Of a stretch of DNA of 64,000 bases, positions 40,250 through 53,446 are shown piece after piece. The translations under genes were made by a program, and so were the position numbers. The DNA is from Camelus ferus (lineage: Eukaryota). Within the stretch, counting starts at the first letter, position 1, and every line of letters begins with the position of its first letter. Under the pieces are notes generated by a model, which ran no database searches, had not been told where the DNA came from, and saw nothing but the letters and a program-made list of their open reading frames with translations. Location of the stretch: the NCBI RefSeq assembly GCF_009834535.1, contig NC_045697.1:26724001-26788000 (forward strand), written 5' to 3'.

Positions 40250-41300
40250 CCTGCAGAAATATCAGTCTCCGATTTTTTCATTGCAGGGAAATATTACTTG
40301 GAAACATTAATTTTAATGGCTTAATCATATTTCTTTATATGATATTCCATAATTTATATTAATATTCTCCTAGTTGAAAAAATTAAGATTTTCAAGTTTT
40401 CCTATTATTTTAATTTATGCTAAAATGAATGTCTTAATTGTAGCATATATATTGACCTTTGTTTGTATCTCTGCTTATTTCTTTAGATTAGATAGATAGA
40501 TTTCTAGAAGTGAAATCACTGAGTCGAAGAAAACTTTCCTCTTCTGGATACATATGGACAAATTTCTTTTCAAAAATATATGTACCAGTTAATGCTTCAA
40601 CAAACATGAATCTCTGCAAACGCTCATTAGGGATTGAAAAAACATCTTTTTTTTAATTCTTTACCATTTGATAAATGAAAATTTATAACTTGTTTACATG
40701 TGTATTGCAATGATTAATAATTAAATATTTTCTTTTTTATTGAAGTATGGTTACTATACAATAGGTGTACAATATAGTGATTCACATTTTTAAGGTTATA
40801 TTTCATTTATAGTTATGATGAAATATTGGCTATATTCCCTGTGTTGTGCTATATATCTTGTGGCTTAGTTTATACCTTATAATTTGTACCTCTTACTCCC
40901 CTACCCATATATTGCACCCCTCTTCCTTTACCCCATTGGTAACCACTAGTTTGTTCTCTATATCTGTGAGTCTGCTTCTATTTTGGAATTAAACATTTTC
41001 TTATAGTTATTCACCATTAGTATTCTAGTCATGTCTTTTTGCCTATTTTTTAGGATTTTTGCATTTTAATCATTGATTTGTTCAAATTTTATATATTAGG
41101 AATTGTAGTATTTATATTTGTTACAGATAAGTCAGGTTGTAAATTGTCTTTAATATAGGTTGTCATGAAATATGAAGTACAGGATAATTTTATATAAATA
41201 ATCAAATGTGTTGACTTTGTAAATCAATTTTTCCAATATATTTATGAATGGAAAGTCTCTCTCTCCCTATCCTGAAATCAGGCTAAAAAATAGGAAAAAA
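40250..41300 (-). mobile_element. Old degenerate L1M fragment
   Basis: tttctagaagtgaaatcactgagtc...tgtaccagtt...tcatgtcttttgcctatttt resembles antisense ORF2 3' region. Confidence 0.6.
40735..40986 (-). mobile_element. Short L1 3' UTR insertion within the old L1
   Basis: TSD aattaaatattttctt (40719-40734) / aattaaacattttctt (40987-41002), 15/16. Body ttattgaagta...ggtaaccactagtttgttctctatatctgtgagtc. Confidence 0.9.
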
Positions 41301-41843
41301 AATATGGGTGACCATCTTTTTTACATGTAGAAAGGTTGAGAATCTTGGTCATTTAACAGAATTTCAATACATTCCCATTATTTTCATAATTTAAATATCA
41401 GGTCTTATGATATCTTGTTTTATGGTTTTATTTTCTATGCTTTCTTGCTATTCTTTTATTTCTATAGGATTTTTTCCTACTCTATTTGAAAGTTACAAAT
41501 TGTAGTTATTTTTTGCTTACAGATCTTTACCATCAAGGTATTTTCAAACTTTCTTTAGCCAATATTCCAAGATTAACACCATCAAGAATTAAATAGCATT
41601 TTTTACTACTTACTATAAAAATAAAGGATTTTAGCCTACTTTAACTTCCCTCCCCACTCCATCTCAACTTCCAATATACCTTAGAACAACGTGGGGTTGA
41701 AAGTGTTTTTAATATTATATAACTTCTGTTTCAAGAATATATTTCCCTTCAATTTTGCAAACTTATCTATAATATAAGAATTCATTGAATGATTATGATA
41801 AGAAGCTACAGAGATTGGGGAGAATTTATTGATTAGATACTCC

Positions 41844-42851
41844 TTTTTTTTTTTGCTGTATCACAGTATACTTTTTTTTAAATTGAAGTACAGTCAGTTA
41901 CAACGTGTCAGTTTCTGTGTACAGTACAGTGTCCCAGTCACGCATACACATACGTATATTCATTTTCATATTTTTTCATTAAAGATTATTACAAGATATT
42001 GAGCATAGTTCCCTATACTATACAGAAGAAATTTTTTAACCTATTTTTATATATAGTGGCTAACATTTGTAAATCTCAAACTCACAAATTTATCCCTTCC
42101 CACTCCCTTTCCCTGATAATGATAAGATAGTTTACTATGTCTGAGTCTGTTTCTGTTTTGTAGATGAGTTCACAGTGTCCTTTCTTTTTTCTTTTTTTTT
42201 TTTTTTCTTAGATTCCACACGTCAGTGATATCATATGGTATTTTTCTTTCTCTTTCTGGCTTACCTCACTTAGAATGACATTCTCCAGGTCCATCCATGT
42301 TGCTGCAAGTGGCATTATTTTATTCTTTTTTATGGCTAAGTAGTCTTCCATTGTATCAATATACCACAGCTTCTTTATTCAATCATCTGTCGATGGACAT
42401 TTAGGTTGCTTCCATGTCTTGGTTATTGTATATAATGCTGCTGTGAACATTGAGGTGCGTGTATCTTTTCAAATTAGAGTTCCCTCCAGATATATACCCA
42501 GAAATGGGATTGCTGGATCATATGGTAAGTCTATTTTTAGTTTTTTGAGGAATCTCCATACTGTTTTCCATAATGGCTGCACCAAACTATATTCCCACCA
42601 GCAGTGTGAGAGGGTTCCCTTTTCTCCACACCCTCCAGTGTTTATCATCCATGGACTTTTGAATGATGGCCATTCTGACTGGTGTGAGGTGATACCTCAT
42701 TATAGTTTTGATTTGCATTTCTCTGATAACTAGTGATATTGAGCATTTTTTCATGTGCTTATTGGCCACTTGTACATCTTCATTGGAGAATTGCTTGTTA
42801 GGTCTTCTGCCCATTTTTGGATTGGGTTTTTTTTTTTTGTTATTAAGTTGG
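41844..42851 (-). mobile_element. 5'-truncated L1
   Basis: Poly-T, 3' UTR and ORF2 end ([30 protein letters not shown]). Degenerate TSD gatactcc / gatattcc. Confidence 0.93.
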
Positions 42852-44389
42852 ATATTCCATGTTTTTAATTCATTATTTATTCAGATTAAATACATATTCC
42901 TTTTTAAATCTAATTTTAAATCAGTTTTATATCATAGACTCACAAGCAACTCTCAGCGGGCAACCAAGTTTAGAGGAGATGCTATGCTACTGACGGTTTA
43001 GGATACATTCCTTGTGCCATTTGAAGGTGAGATATGAAAAGGAAAAGCTCAGGACTAACACAGAACAGTCAGAGTATTATCCATCTCTCCATTCAAGAGT
43101 TTGAACTCTCAACACCCATGACAGCATAAACCTTTCCAAAGATTTGACACCTGCCATTTTTGGAGATTATTTAAAGTTATGTTTTAATTGTGCTTTTTCT
43201 GAATTCTCTTAGCTCTGTACATCTTTGCTTCTCAGTAAAAGATGCTGATAGTCTAAACAGTCTTAAAATTTATCTTATTGGTCCCTCAAGGGGGAAAAGA
43301 GTTTTGTGTATTAAATAAAAGGCATGCTATAGAAAGAGTGATTGTATTTCCAAATGTAATTTCAGATGTACCTTGCTTTACTTACTAGATTTACTTCTAG
43401 GCAGCAGTGTAAATTGATTTTTTATAAATCAAGTTATATATTAAATGCATTGAAGAAGTTTGCTATTTTAAATTTATCACATGATAAATTCTTTTCTAAA
43501 AGTATCATCAATCCCTTTTTAACCTGTTTTATATATATGAACTTTCTAATATCAAGGTAGCTTAGTTCCAAGCCAGTGTGTCTTCCTCTTTTATAATATG
43601 TTATGTTTTATAAGTAAGCAATTGCAGTGCATCCTTAAGTCTTTTCTTGGCTAAATAAGTTTTTGACCATCAAGATAGAGATAAAGTTGGTATTGACTTA
43701 AATACATGAAAGAAAAAGAACCCAGAACTCAGGTTCTCAGGGGAAAGTGCCAGGAGATGTGGGATGGGGTGGGACATCCTACCCGAGTAATACATGAGAC
43801 AAAGATAACAAGTCTTAAAGAGGTACCAAAGGCACAGCTATGTAGACTATTCCAAATCAGTTGTCATACATACCAAACGAGAGCTCAGTGAAAGATGGAA
43901 GATAAAAAATATAGAGTCAAAATGACACTGAGACCAAGAAACTAGGAAAAATGAAGATGAAGAGTGATAAACAATAGGAGGCTAGAGAGGTGTATTTTGG
44001 ATTAGTCAGACAGTGCAACAAATGAGCTATAGCTCTGGAAATCAAAATAGAGGAATCTGAAGATATAATGTTGAATGAGAAAAGCACATCACAGAAGCCT
44101 ATATGCAGTATTGTTCAGTGATATATGCAAAATATACAAAATTAAGAATCGATTGTTTAGAGACAAAATCATGTATGGTAAAACTTAAAAGCAAGAGTGA
44201 GGGGAATTTTGCTTCCAATAATAGTATATTAAGTAATGGTGTATTAGTTACCCCTCTGATAAGGATAACTAGAAAAACTGGACAAAATATATTAAAGTTC
44301 AGCTTGAAATCATTGGCACACTAACAGATAAATGAGTACTACCATGGGATGATGGAAATCCAGACAGAGGAGCTCAGCACTTTGGGTTT

Positions 44390-46040
44390 ATGTCAGTAAG
44401 GGGCCAGAAAGAAACACATGGCTCATTTAAGTGGCATGACTGAGGTGTGGTCAGTGAAGCTACAATTTATAAAGGTATGGGAAGGATAGAGTGAAACCAG
44501 TGGGAAGGATAGAGTGAAACCAGTGGGAAATGAGGATGAACGACAGGTTGTTGGGTTTCCATTAGCAGCCCCAGCCCTGCAAAGGCAGGGAAAGGAAGTC
44601 ATTACAAACACAGAGAGCTGTGGGAAATTATGGGTTTTTCTGTTCAGGGACTTGGAAAAACAAGATTGGAAAATTGGTCCCAAAGAATTCTGGGAAAGGG
44701 TTATGTAGATGGACCCCTTAAAATGGACAGACTGTGAAGATATGTGTACCCTTTGTGAATACCCACCAATGGGTTTCCACTGCAGAGTAGGCTCTTAACC
44801 AAGTGGACAGAATCATGTGGTCTGTAGATGTCAGTCAGCTTTTTTCCCAAGACACAATGCTTTCTCTTTGGGCCCATGAACGAAGTGGCCATAGTGGCAG
44901 GGATGGAGGTTATGCCTGGGCTCAACAAAATGGACTTCCTCTTCCTGAAGCTCACCTTGCTAAAGCTACTGCTGAGTGCCTGATCTGCCAAAAAAGTGAG
45001 TTCAACACTGAGTCCACAATATGGCAGCATTCCCTGGAGGCACCAGCCAGTAAACTGTTAGCAGATTGTTACATTGCACTGCTTCTGTCATGGAAGGGAC
45101 AGAGATTCATTCTCACTGGAATAGACATATATTCTGGACATGGATTTGCCTTCCCTGCCAATGTTACCACCGTAACTACCATCCTTGGAGTCACAGAATT
45201 AACTGAAAGATGAGACTACCACCTGGCCATTGGTGCTCTTTATGCCACTGACCCAACAGGCACAAAAGCTAGTAATTCCACTCCTAGAGTGACTGATTCT
45301 AATTTCCAAGGGGAAATCAAGTCATTTCTATACAATAAAGGCAAGGAAACGTGTATCTGGAAGCCAGGGATTTCCAGGGAATCTCATAATATTTCTGTGC
45401 CCAGTAGTAAAAATTAATGGAAAACTACAGCACCCAAATAAGGTAGGGCAGTTGTGAGTTTGAATTCTTTAGGAATGAAAGTTTGAGTCACTCCACCAGG
45501 GAAAGAACCCCAACCAACTGAGGTTCTGGCTGAAAGGAGGGGAAACAAATGTAATGGGTAGTGGAAGGAAGAACCCAAGTATCAACTACAACCTTGTAAA
45601 TGATTACAGAAATGAAGACTATAGGAGTTTTGCATATTTTCTCTTTGTTTGTTAAATGAATGAGTTTATTTGTATTTGCTAATGATTTTCTTCCTGCAAG
45701 TCTCAGTCTGCATATCCCTGCAGACTAATATGGGCCCATCAAATGTGGACCATCTTTGGCACAAAGTAATCCAAAGACTTTTACCACCAGCCATGCTGGT
45801 CTGCAGCCATATCCTCTTCAACAAGATCTGAATCCTAGCCTTGCATGGGGCCGAGGAGAGGGTCCAAGTGTGTCCTTCCTTGGATTCTCCCCCTCAGCCC
45901 TAGGATATTCTTTGGAATTTTCCTTTAGTCCTTCTTTGTAGCTAATCTCCTGTAAATAGTTCATAATGTTTGATATTAAATCATCACCATTAAAACTACC
46001 ATGTATTTTCTGTCTCCTGATTGGATCCTGTCTGACACAA
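44390..46040. mobile_element. ERVL cluster: LTR-like fragment, ERVL-int (+; RNase H-integrase-dUTPase, ~44630-45600), LTR-like fragment
   Basis: KQDWKIGPKEFWER, and ORF 44803-45213 WAHERSGHSGRDGGYAWAQQNGLP...AECLIC (integrase HHCC) plus GQRFILTGIDIYSGHGFAFP. Confidence 0.85.
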
Positions 46041-46044
46041 AAGC

Positions 46045-46600
46045 AAGTGGGATAAATGTTCCAATTAAAAGACAAAGACTATCACACTTAATTTTTTAAA
46101 AGTACTATTTATGAAAGAAATATCTAAAACTTAAGGATACAGAAAGGATGAAAGGACATAGAAAGGGCAAAGATATCCCATGTGAAAGAAAGCTGGAGTA
46201 CTCGTATCAATAGCAGATAAAATAGACCTTAAGATAAAAAGTATTTCTAGAGATTAAAAGGGACATGTCACAATAATCAAAAATCCAATTCACCTGAATT
46301 ATACTTTCTAACCACTTAAGATGGCTTCAGATATATACAAAACTAAAACAAACACATGATAATAGTAGGATGTTTTAAATAAACCTCTCTCAGGAACTAA
46401 TATAACAAGGAGACAAAGAATTCAATAAGGATATAAAAGAATTAAATACTGAATTGATCTGACAAACCTGATCTAACAAGCCAACATCTGCAGAATATAC
46501 ATATTTTTCAACAGCCCACCAGCATTTTTTTTTAACTTACCAAATGCTGGTCAAAAGCAAAACTCAAAACACACACAGTATATTGACTGCGAAATCTGTA
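46045..46600 (+). mobile_element. Old L1 ORF2 endonuclease-region fragment
   Basis: ccaattaaaagacaaagact...aagaaagctggagta...cagataaaatagac...aacatctgcagaatatacatattttt. Confidence 0.7.
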
Positions 46601-47590
46601 TACCTTATTCAGACCTCATGCTGAGATCCAAAGCTTTATATCCAACGTGGGACAGCTGGAGTGTGCTAGTGAGAGCAGACTGCCCATCTCTTCCCAACTT
46701 GGCATTAGTGACATCACACTGGTAGCTTAAAATTGGACACGACATTGGGGGAGTATTTACACCAGGGAAATGAACAAATTCTACCCCCCCAAAAGAGCTT
46801 TTTTCTTTATGGTTTCAGAGTCAGTTGTTAAATATTTACCAGCACACCAATGTATCCAACCAGTTCTGAACTATCTCCACATGGGTGTTGTAATGGCATC
46901 TCAATCTCCGCATGTCTAAAACCACACTCATTATGTCCCCTCTTCAAGTTTATGCACCCTGTATCAATTTTCAAGTTAATGGCATCACCAGCTGTCCATT
47001 CACACAAACTAAAATCCCAGAGTTTTTAACACTTCCTCTTCTTCACTCTCACATTTAATCAGTCACCAAGTCCTCTACATTTTATGTTCAAAACTTGTTC
47101 CAAATTTGTTCCTTTCTCCCCTTTCCTCCTGCTGCTTTTATAGCAAAAGTCCTCTGTGATCTGTACATGTGCTTCCAGAGTTGCTATTCAAAATATTTAA
47201 AAACTAATTTTGCCTAGGCTTGACCAATCAGAGCAGAAGTCAGCTGCAGTACAGGACAAAGCCCTGCAGACACCCTGGTGGCTAGATCAGAAGGTCCTGT
47301 GTTCCTAGACAGCCAGAGCTATGGGAGCTGGTGACACTCAGGAGCTCAGGAAAGCAATTTAAGAAGCTGGAAGGATGTTATTTCAATATCTTAGCAAAGT
47401 AAAAGGTACACCAATGTGTACCAGCTGAATATTTGTCCTGGGTTTGCTATGTGTACCATGGAGGTACACAGGAGAGTTTAAAGAGGTACATATACAAACT
47501 TTAAAAAAAATAAGGTATGTTTCTTTTACATGCTAAAAATATAATACAGTAAGGCAAATTTTGAAATATACTTAGTGTAAGTTATGTAAG

Positions 47591-47631
<41 letters not shown>

Positions 47632-47644
47632 CGATAGATCAATC

Positions 47645-47678
<34 letters not shown>
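47591..47678. repeat. Compound (TAGA)n/(GACA)n tetranucleotide microsatellite
   Basis: About 10 perfect TAGA units, an interrupted linker, then about 8 GACA units. Confidence 0.97.
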
Positions 47679-50659
47679 AAGGATCCTTGGCAAAAATTAG
47701 GTGAATGGCAGGACCCTGGAAATTTTGGTGCCCTGCTTCCACTTTCCTATCTTTCTCCTTCAGTGCTGCCAGAATATTTTTTCCAAACACAGATTGGATC
47801 CATTCAATTCCATAATTTCAAATTGTCTGACACTTCTCCAGTGCTTATGGAATGAAGCCCAAACTCCTTAACAAGGCTTACAGTGGTCTTGAAAATACAG
47901 CCTCATAGAATTACTTTTACAATCTTATCAGAATGTCTACATTTTTCCCACATCCTTCCATGTGTTAGTTCAGATATTCCCCAACTGGCAAATGCCAACT
48001 TATCATTCAAATCTCAATGCAAATGTCACTTTTTTCTGTAAGGCTTTCCTGAACATCTTACACAGAATGAATGACATCTTCCCTTTGATTCTGATGTGCT
48101 TTATTCACATCACCATTTAGAAGGCACAGCGCACTGACTTGAGGGTCCTTCTCCTTCCAATGGCCTTTGTGAGAGGACTTGATTACTCATTGGCAACCCT
48201 CTCCCAAAGAATGGGCACAAATATTAGAATTCTATATTAATCATGGCACAATCTAAGCTCTTATAACAAAGAGAATACAAAGCACATAGGTTCAACAAGA
48301 TCTAAGTGTCTCTTTCTCATGCAATAGCCCAGGAATGGTGGACAAGACCTAGGGGAGAGTAGCTCCACCATTCTCAACATGCAGTCTGCATCCCTGCTTC
48401 CAAAGTGGCCACTCCACTCCCATCCTCATGTCTGCATCCAGCAAGCCAGAGAGGCGAAGCACAAGCATGCGTCTTCATTTACAGGGTATTTGGTAGAAAT
48501 TGCACAGTCACAGCTTCTCAAATCCCATTTAGAACTTAGTCAGACTATCTAATCACAAAAGAGCTTTAGGAATTTAGTCATTACCTGGTTAACAGCAGTG
48601 TGCCCAGTCAAAGTCTGAGAGGTTCTATTGCTAAAGGAAAATGGGGACTAATGGAAGTGGACATAAATTTTCAGTTGGTGCCTCAAACAAGAAATACAAA
48701 TCTCTCTGTTTTACCTACATATGAGGCATGCAGATAAAAAGTTTTATGGGGAAACTGTTGGATTGTTGGTCCCGGTGAGGTTTGCAGATATTGAGGTGTT
48801 TTAGTCATTTATGGTCCCCTTTTTTACCGTTATTATTGCTGCAGCTTATTCTATAAAACCAAGCATATATATGATCACAGTCTTCTCAGCCCACATATAA
48901 ATCCTGCTATTTTATGGGACCACTAAACTAGGTCAACTTATGTGTATCCCTTATTTATATTGATGGGAAACTAAATTAAGTCAACCTTATTTTTCTTATT
49001 TTCCACTCTAATAGTATAAACCTTGATTCTTACAAGTACCATCTTCCAAAAATACAGTTATCACACCCCTTTTTAAAATTTTATGCATAGCTCTGGAATT
49101 ATCTACAAGTTCTTACCTTAAAATGTTTAGCTGATTCATAACTCTTGCACTGTGGCTTCATTCAGTAAATGATGCACTAAACCTGAGTAGGAAAGTATTG
49201 CTTGCGATCAAAATATGCATTCAAGTTGCTAAGCACCAATTATATTTTTTAAAGTACTCTCTTGGGCACAGTAGTAAAATCTATCAAGCTTTCCATATGG
49301 CCTCAAGTTAATAAACGTCTGCCTTCTGCACTGAGCAGTGCTGCAGTGACGCTAGGGTTAATGTTAATGAGATACAATTATGAACTGTAGGTGCTTGGCT
49401 TGAAGCAATAATACACTTTGTTTGTATGAGAGAAAGATACTTTTATTTTTCCTCCTGGGGGTCCTTCTTTCTGGACCACTGAGTATGAATTACTTCTAGG
49501 GACTTCACATGTCCCGCAGTGAATATCTGAGCATGATTGAGAGCTTCCTCAGTAAGCCTGCCTACATTAGGAGCATTCTCCAGTGCAAAATTAAATTTAA
49601 ACTAATAGCCTTTCATGATTCTCTGGATAATCAGAAACTGCGGGCCTGCATGTCAAAGATGGCAAACTGGTCTACTAAAGCCACCACAGTGCTTTCTATG
49701 CCGTATGTGAAAGCAGCTGCCCTACACACTCTCTCTCCCTGTTTCAGGAGTTGACAGTCAACAACAGTACTTGTGTTAGGGGACAAGTCATTAATATAAG
49801 GGTTTTCCAGGCTTCCTCTTCTGCAGCCCACTAATGAGGATTTGACCTTGACCTTCTCACTCTCTTTGGGTCCCCCTCCATGAGAGAAGAAGCTCTGTGA
49901 TGCAGAGGGGAAAGATGAGAGTATGCAGACTTAGGCTAGAAGAGAAGTTACTGGGGGAGTTTGAAGTAAGAGGTAGGGGACCAGCCGCTGTACATGAAGG
50001 CAGGGAATGGGACAGGAAATTGGAGATTCTTAGCACTGAATGGGCATTCTAAGAATCTTGATGCTTGAGAAATACAAGAATACATATAAATGACTTGGAT
50101 GGCTTTGAAATTACTTATGGTTGCTGAAATTCTGTCTATTTTCTATGAGGTTGCTCTGGCATTGAATCGAGTGGGTACCAGCTTTCAGGCATTACACATA
50201 TTTTCTCTCAGCACTCTGTACTCCAGGAAGAAAGGAAGGATCCAGCTTTAACATTTCCCAAAGATTGGCAACTCAATGCTGATCTCAGCATTTATCACTT
50301 TTAAAATCACATTTTTAGGCAACTAAGAGAGCAGATTCTCCACTCATTATTTTGAGAGTGGTGAAAGCATTCAAGATCCACCAGAGTGGCCAAATAGGAG
50401 CCAAAGAAGACAGGACCAGGAAAGAGCTGGGATGGCTCCATAATGATGGGTTAAACCAGAGACAGTCACATGGCAATTCCACCTTCCTCACATAATGCAG
50501 TCAAACTCTAATTACAATGCCCTCTCTTAACTGCTCCACCTTTATTCCTTTGCTATCTCATGTCTGATCTCAGCAGCTCTTTTGAGAAGCCAAAGGGCTC
50601 TTGCAACCTCACCAAAATGGAGACAGTCTGGCAAAGCAAGGGATAAGAAACACAACTCA

Positions 50660-50880
50660 TAATCAAGCAGAGCTGAGTTCCAACTGTGACTTGACCATTT
50701 ACTCCCTTGGGGAAGATACTTGAAATGAAGAAGCTGCAGTTTCCTTGTCTATAAAGTGAGGATAATGATAGACACTGTCACATAGGGTTATTTTGAAGAT
50801 TGAATGAGATGGCTATTATAAAGCACTTGGCATATCACCCAACCCATAGTCAGTCCCAAATAAATGCTAGCCATTTTTAT
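50660..50880 (+). mobile_element. MIR SINE
   Basis: cagtttccttgtctataaagtgaggataatgata...catagggttattttgaagattgaatgagat. Confidence 0.8.
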
Positions 50881-52137
50881 TATCATTAGCACATTATCAT
50901 GCTGTGGTTCAGTATTTATTAGCTGCAGTTATGATCATTATTGCCATCCTGTATCACCCTCCAACTCTTCTTTATTTCTGCACACTTCCCCTCTTCAAGG
51001 CCATATTCTGAACCTCATCTGCCTGAGCCACTATGTGCTACTGCATTTGGATGTGGTCAGAACCCATCACAATCTCCATCTGAGGCTTTCAAGATGTCAT
51101 CCCTGCTGGAATCCATCCTGCCCAACCAACAATTTCTCAGTTTCTTACCTGCATCTCCCTGATGTCTGTCTGGCTTAAAATCACAGCTCTTCCCTGACAC
51201 CAGTAAGTCTCACCTCCAACAGAAAGAGCAAGTCCAGAGTTAAACAGAAATATTTTTCCCCTGCATTGTGACTACGTATTTGAAGCCCCCAAAAATGAAT
51301 TTAAATGTTAACTTTTATCACATAATTTTCTAAAGACTTCTAAGAAGAAAGGAACTGAATTTTTTCTTTTAAGTCTGAAACCTTTCAATGAAATATAAAA
51401 TTTTAAAAGAAGAACTTTTAGAGAAGAACTTTAAAAGAATTACTCTGATCCTGAAAAATCTACACCAACTTACGCTCAATTATTTTCCCTCTACTGATAA
51501 AAATAAACCCACACGGGACAGGAAAAAGCAATAAAACAATAAAGCAAATAAATCTTAAATTTTTACAATTGTCTATCCTCCCAGAAATCTTGTGAGATAG
51601 GAGGTGTCACTCCATTGCACGGATGAGGAAACTGAGATTTAAGGAGAGGAGGTCATTAAGATACCCAACTAGAAAGCATCAAGGCTGAAATAGAAACCTC
51701 ACGTGTCTGACTTCAAAGATCACCACGGCACAGAACATCACACCCAGCAGCAGACCTAACCCTGTGATAGGAGTTTTTTCCCCCACACACTTCCTCATTT
51801 TCTTGTTACTCTTACTGTATGTCCACGATAACCCACTCAAGCACTACTTATAGAAAGGCAGTTTTATTGGCTGATAACTTCCACAATTTGAGCTAACTAC
51901 CCTCTGGTGTGCTGACAACTCCTGCACTGACTCCCCGTGAAAGCTTGGTGTTCTGAGTCACGGGTCAACTCAATTCTGTTTACCAAACTCCCAGAGACTT
52001 TTAAAAATCACTTTACTGGAGTTACAATGGTGAGAAAACAAGTGACACAGAAGGACCTGCTGAGAGGGCAGCTGGAAAGTGTTCTGAGCAATTACAGATC
52101 AGCAGCATTTCTTCCTATTTCATCTTTATACTCACAG

Positions 52138-52191
52138 CAGATTCAGCGTTTGGAGGAGAAAAATAAGAGAACCGTGGAAAATCACCAGCAA
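52138..52191 (+). other. Candidate 54-nt internal exon (QIQRLEEKNKRTVENHQQ in frame 0); host gene unidentified
   Basis: Polypyrimidine tract tttcttcctatttcatctttatactcacag, NAGNAG acceptor, donor CAA|gtaagt, length a multiple of 3, purine-rich body, not within a recognisable repeat. Confidence 0.45.
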
Positions 52192-52452
52192 GTAAGTGAG
52201 AATGTCTCCAAGTTCTACTGTGTTGTGTACCTCTTGTGAGCATTACACCTGCCTTCCATGCCAATTACTAGCAAAACTCCACTCTGAATCAATACCATGT
52301 AGAAAAGATAAGAGGATAGTAGTATCTACTAGCACTGGAAGATTTTGCTTTTAACACACTTATTTTATCAAACTATCCTAACGTCTTTGCCCTGTGATTT
52401 TTTTTCAATAATTACTTCTGTAGTTTCCAACTGACAATTAAGATCTATGAGG

Positions 52453-53338
52453 TGTGTGGGGAAAACATTAGTGATGTTTCCCAATGTTTCCAGGTTCCTC
52501 TTTCCTGATGTGTAAGGATATCGTTCTTCTCTACATGCTTGAGGTTAGTCCTGGCCAGGTGATTTGGTTAGGCCAAAGAAATGTGTGTAGATATGAAGTG
52601 TGTCACTTCTGCCAGAGTATTTAACTGGACTTGATCGAATCTCCAACTCTGCTTCTTTCCCCTTCTGCAGTGTTGAGGGGGCACGTGATGACATAAAATT
52701 GCCATGAGAGCTGGAATGCTGAGCTGACACCGGGGAAACCACCCTTTAGGGAGTCACCTAAACCACAGCAGGCATACCTGCAACGGCAAGCACAGCGACA
52801 AATTAAGTCCTTCTGTGTGTAGCCGTTGAGAGTTCCAGGTTGTTCATTTACTGGAGCACACACCAGCCTGTCCTACTGCAACGTGTATCCAATCTGTTTG
52901 CCTTTGGCTGAGAGGAACAGAAAATTCCACTGCAATGGCTTAAACAAGTAAGGAATCTTTTAAGCTCACATCATAGGAAGACCCAAGAAGGCAATGCAGG
53001 ACTGGTGGGATGGCTCAGTGGTATCTTCCATGACTCAGTCTTCTTCCATCTTCCTACACTGTCATCTCTGGTTGTGTCATTACTCCTTGTGGTATCATAC
53101 GGCTTTTGCTCCTACAGGCATCATGTTCATGTTGCAAGGAGGAAGATGTAGGTCTTGTCTTTTACTGTGGGAAAGGAAGGCCTCCTTGGATATTTTTGCC
53201 TTTGTCTCATTTGGCTAGAAATGCATGCTATGGCCAACACTAGCTGCAGGGAGATCTGAGAAGATGTTTCAGCTCTGTATTCTCTAAAGAAGAGGAAGAT
53301 AAAGGAAAGGAGGTTTGGGAGGTACCCAGTCTACAGTC
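52453..53338. mobile_element. Two adjacent old MaLR LTRs (MLT1-type; + ~52453-52883, - ~52884-53338)
   Basis: gaagtgtgtcacttct...agccgttgagagttccaggttgtt and caatggcttaaacaagtaagga...tggccaacactagctgcagggagatctgagaag. Confidence 0.65.
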
Positions 53339-53446
53339 TCTGTTACTATGTGATTATGAAAAAGATCAGGCCTTCTCAAGTAGTAACTAAATGCAGATTT
53401 TTGTTTTGACTTTTTATGCATTGCATAATGACTATCACATCCATTC

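Noticed and set aside
31050..45600. A single ERVL provirus (gag-pro-RT at 31-34 kb plus RH-IN-dUTPase at 44.6 kb)
   Set aside because: Order and strand are compatible, but about 10 kb of MIR, old L1 and unique DNA lie between them and no matching LTR pair is visible. Independent fragments are more likely.
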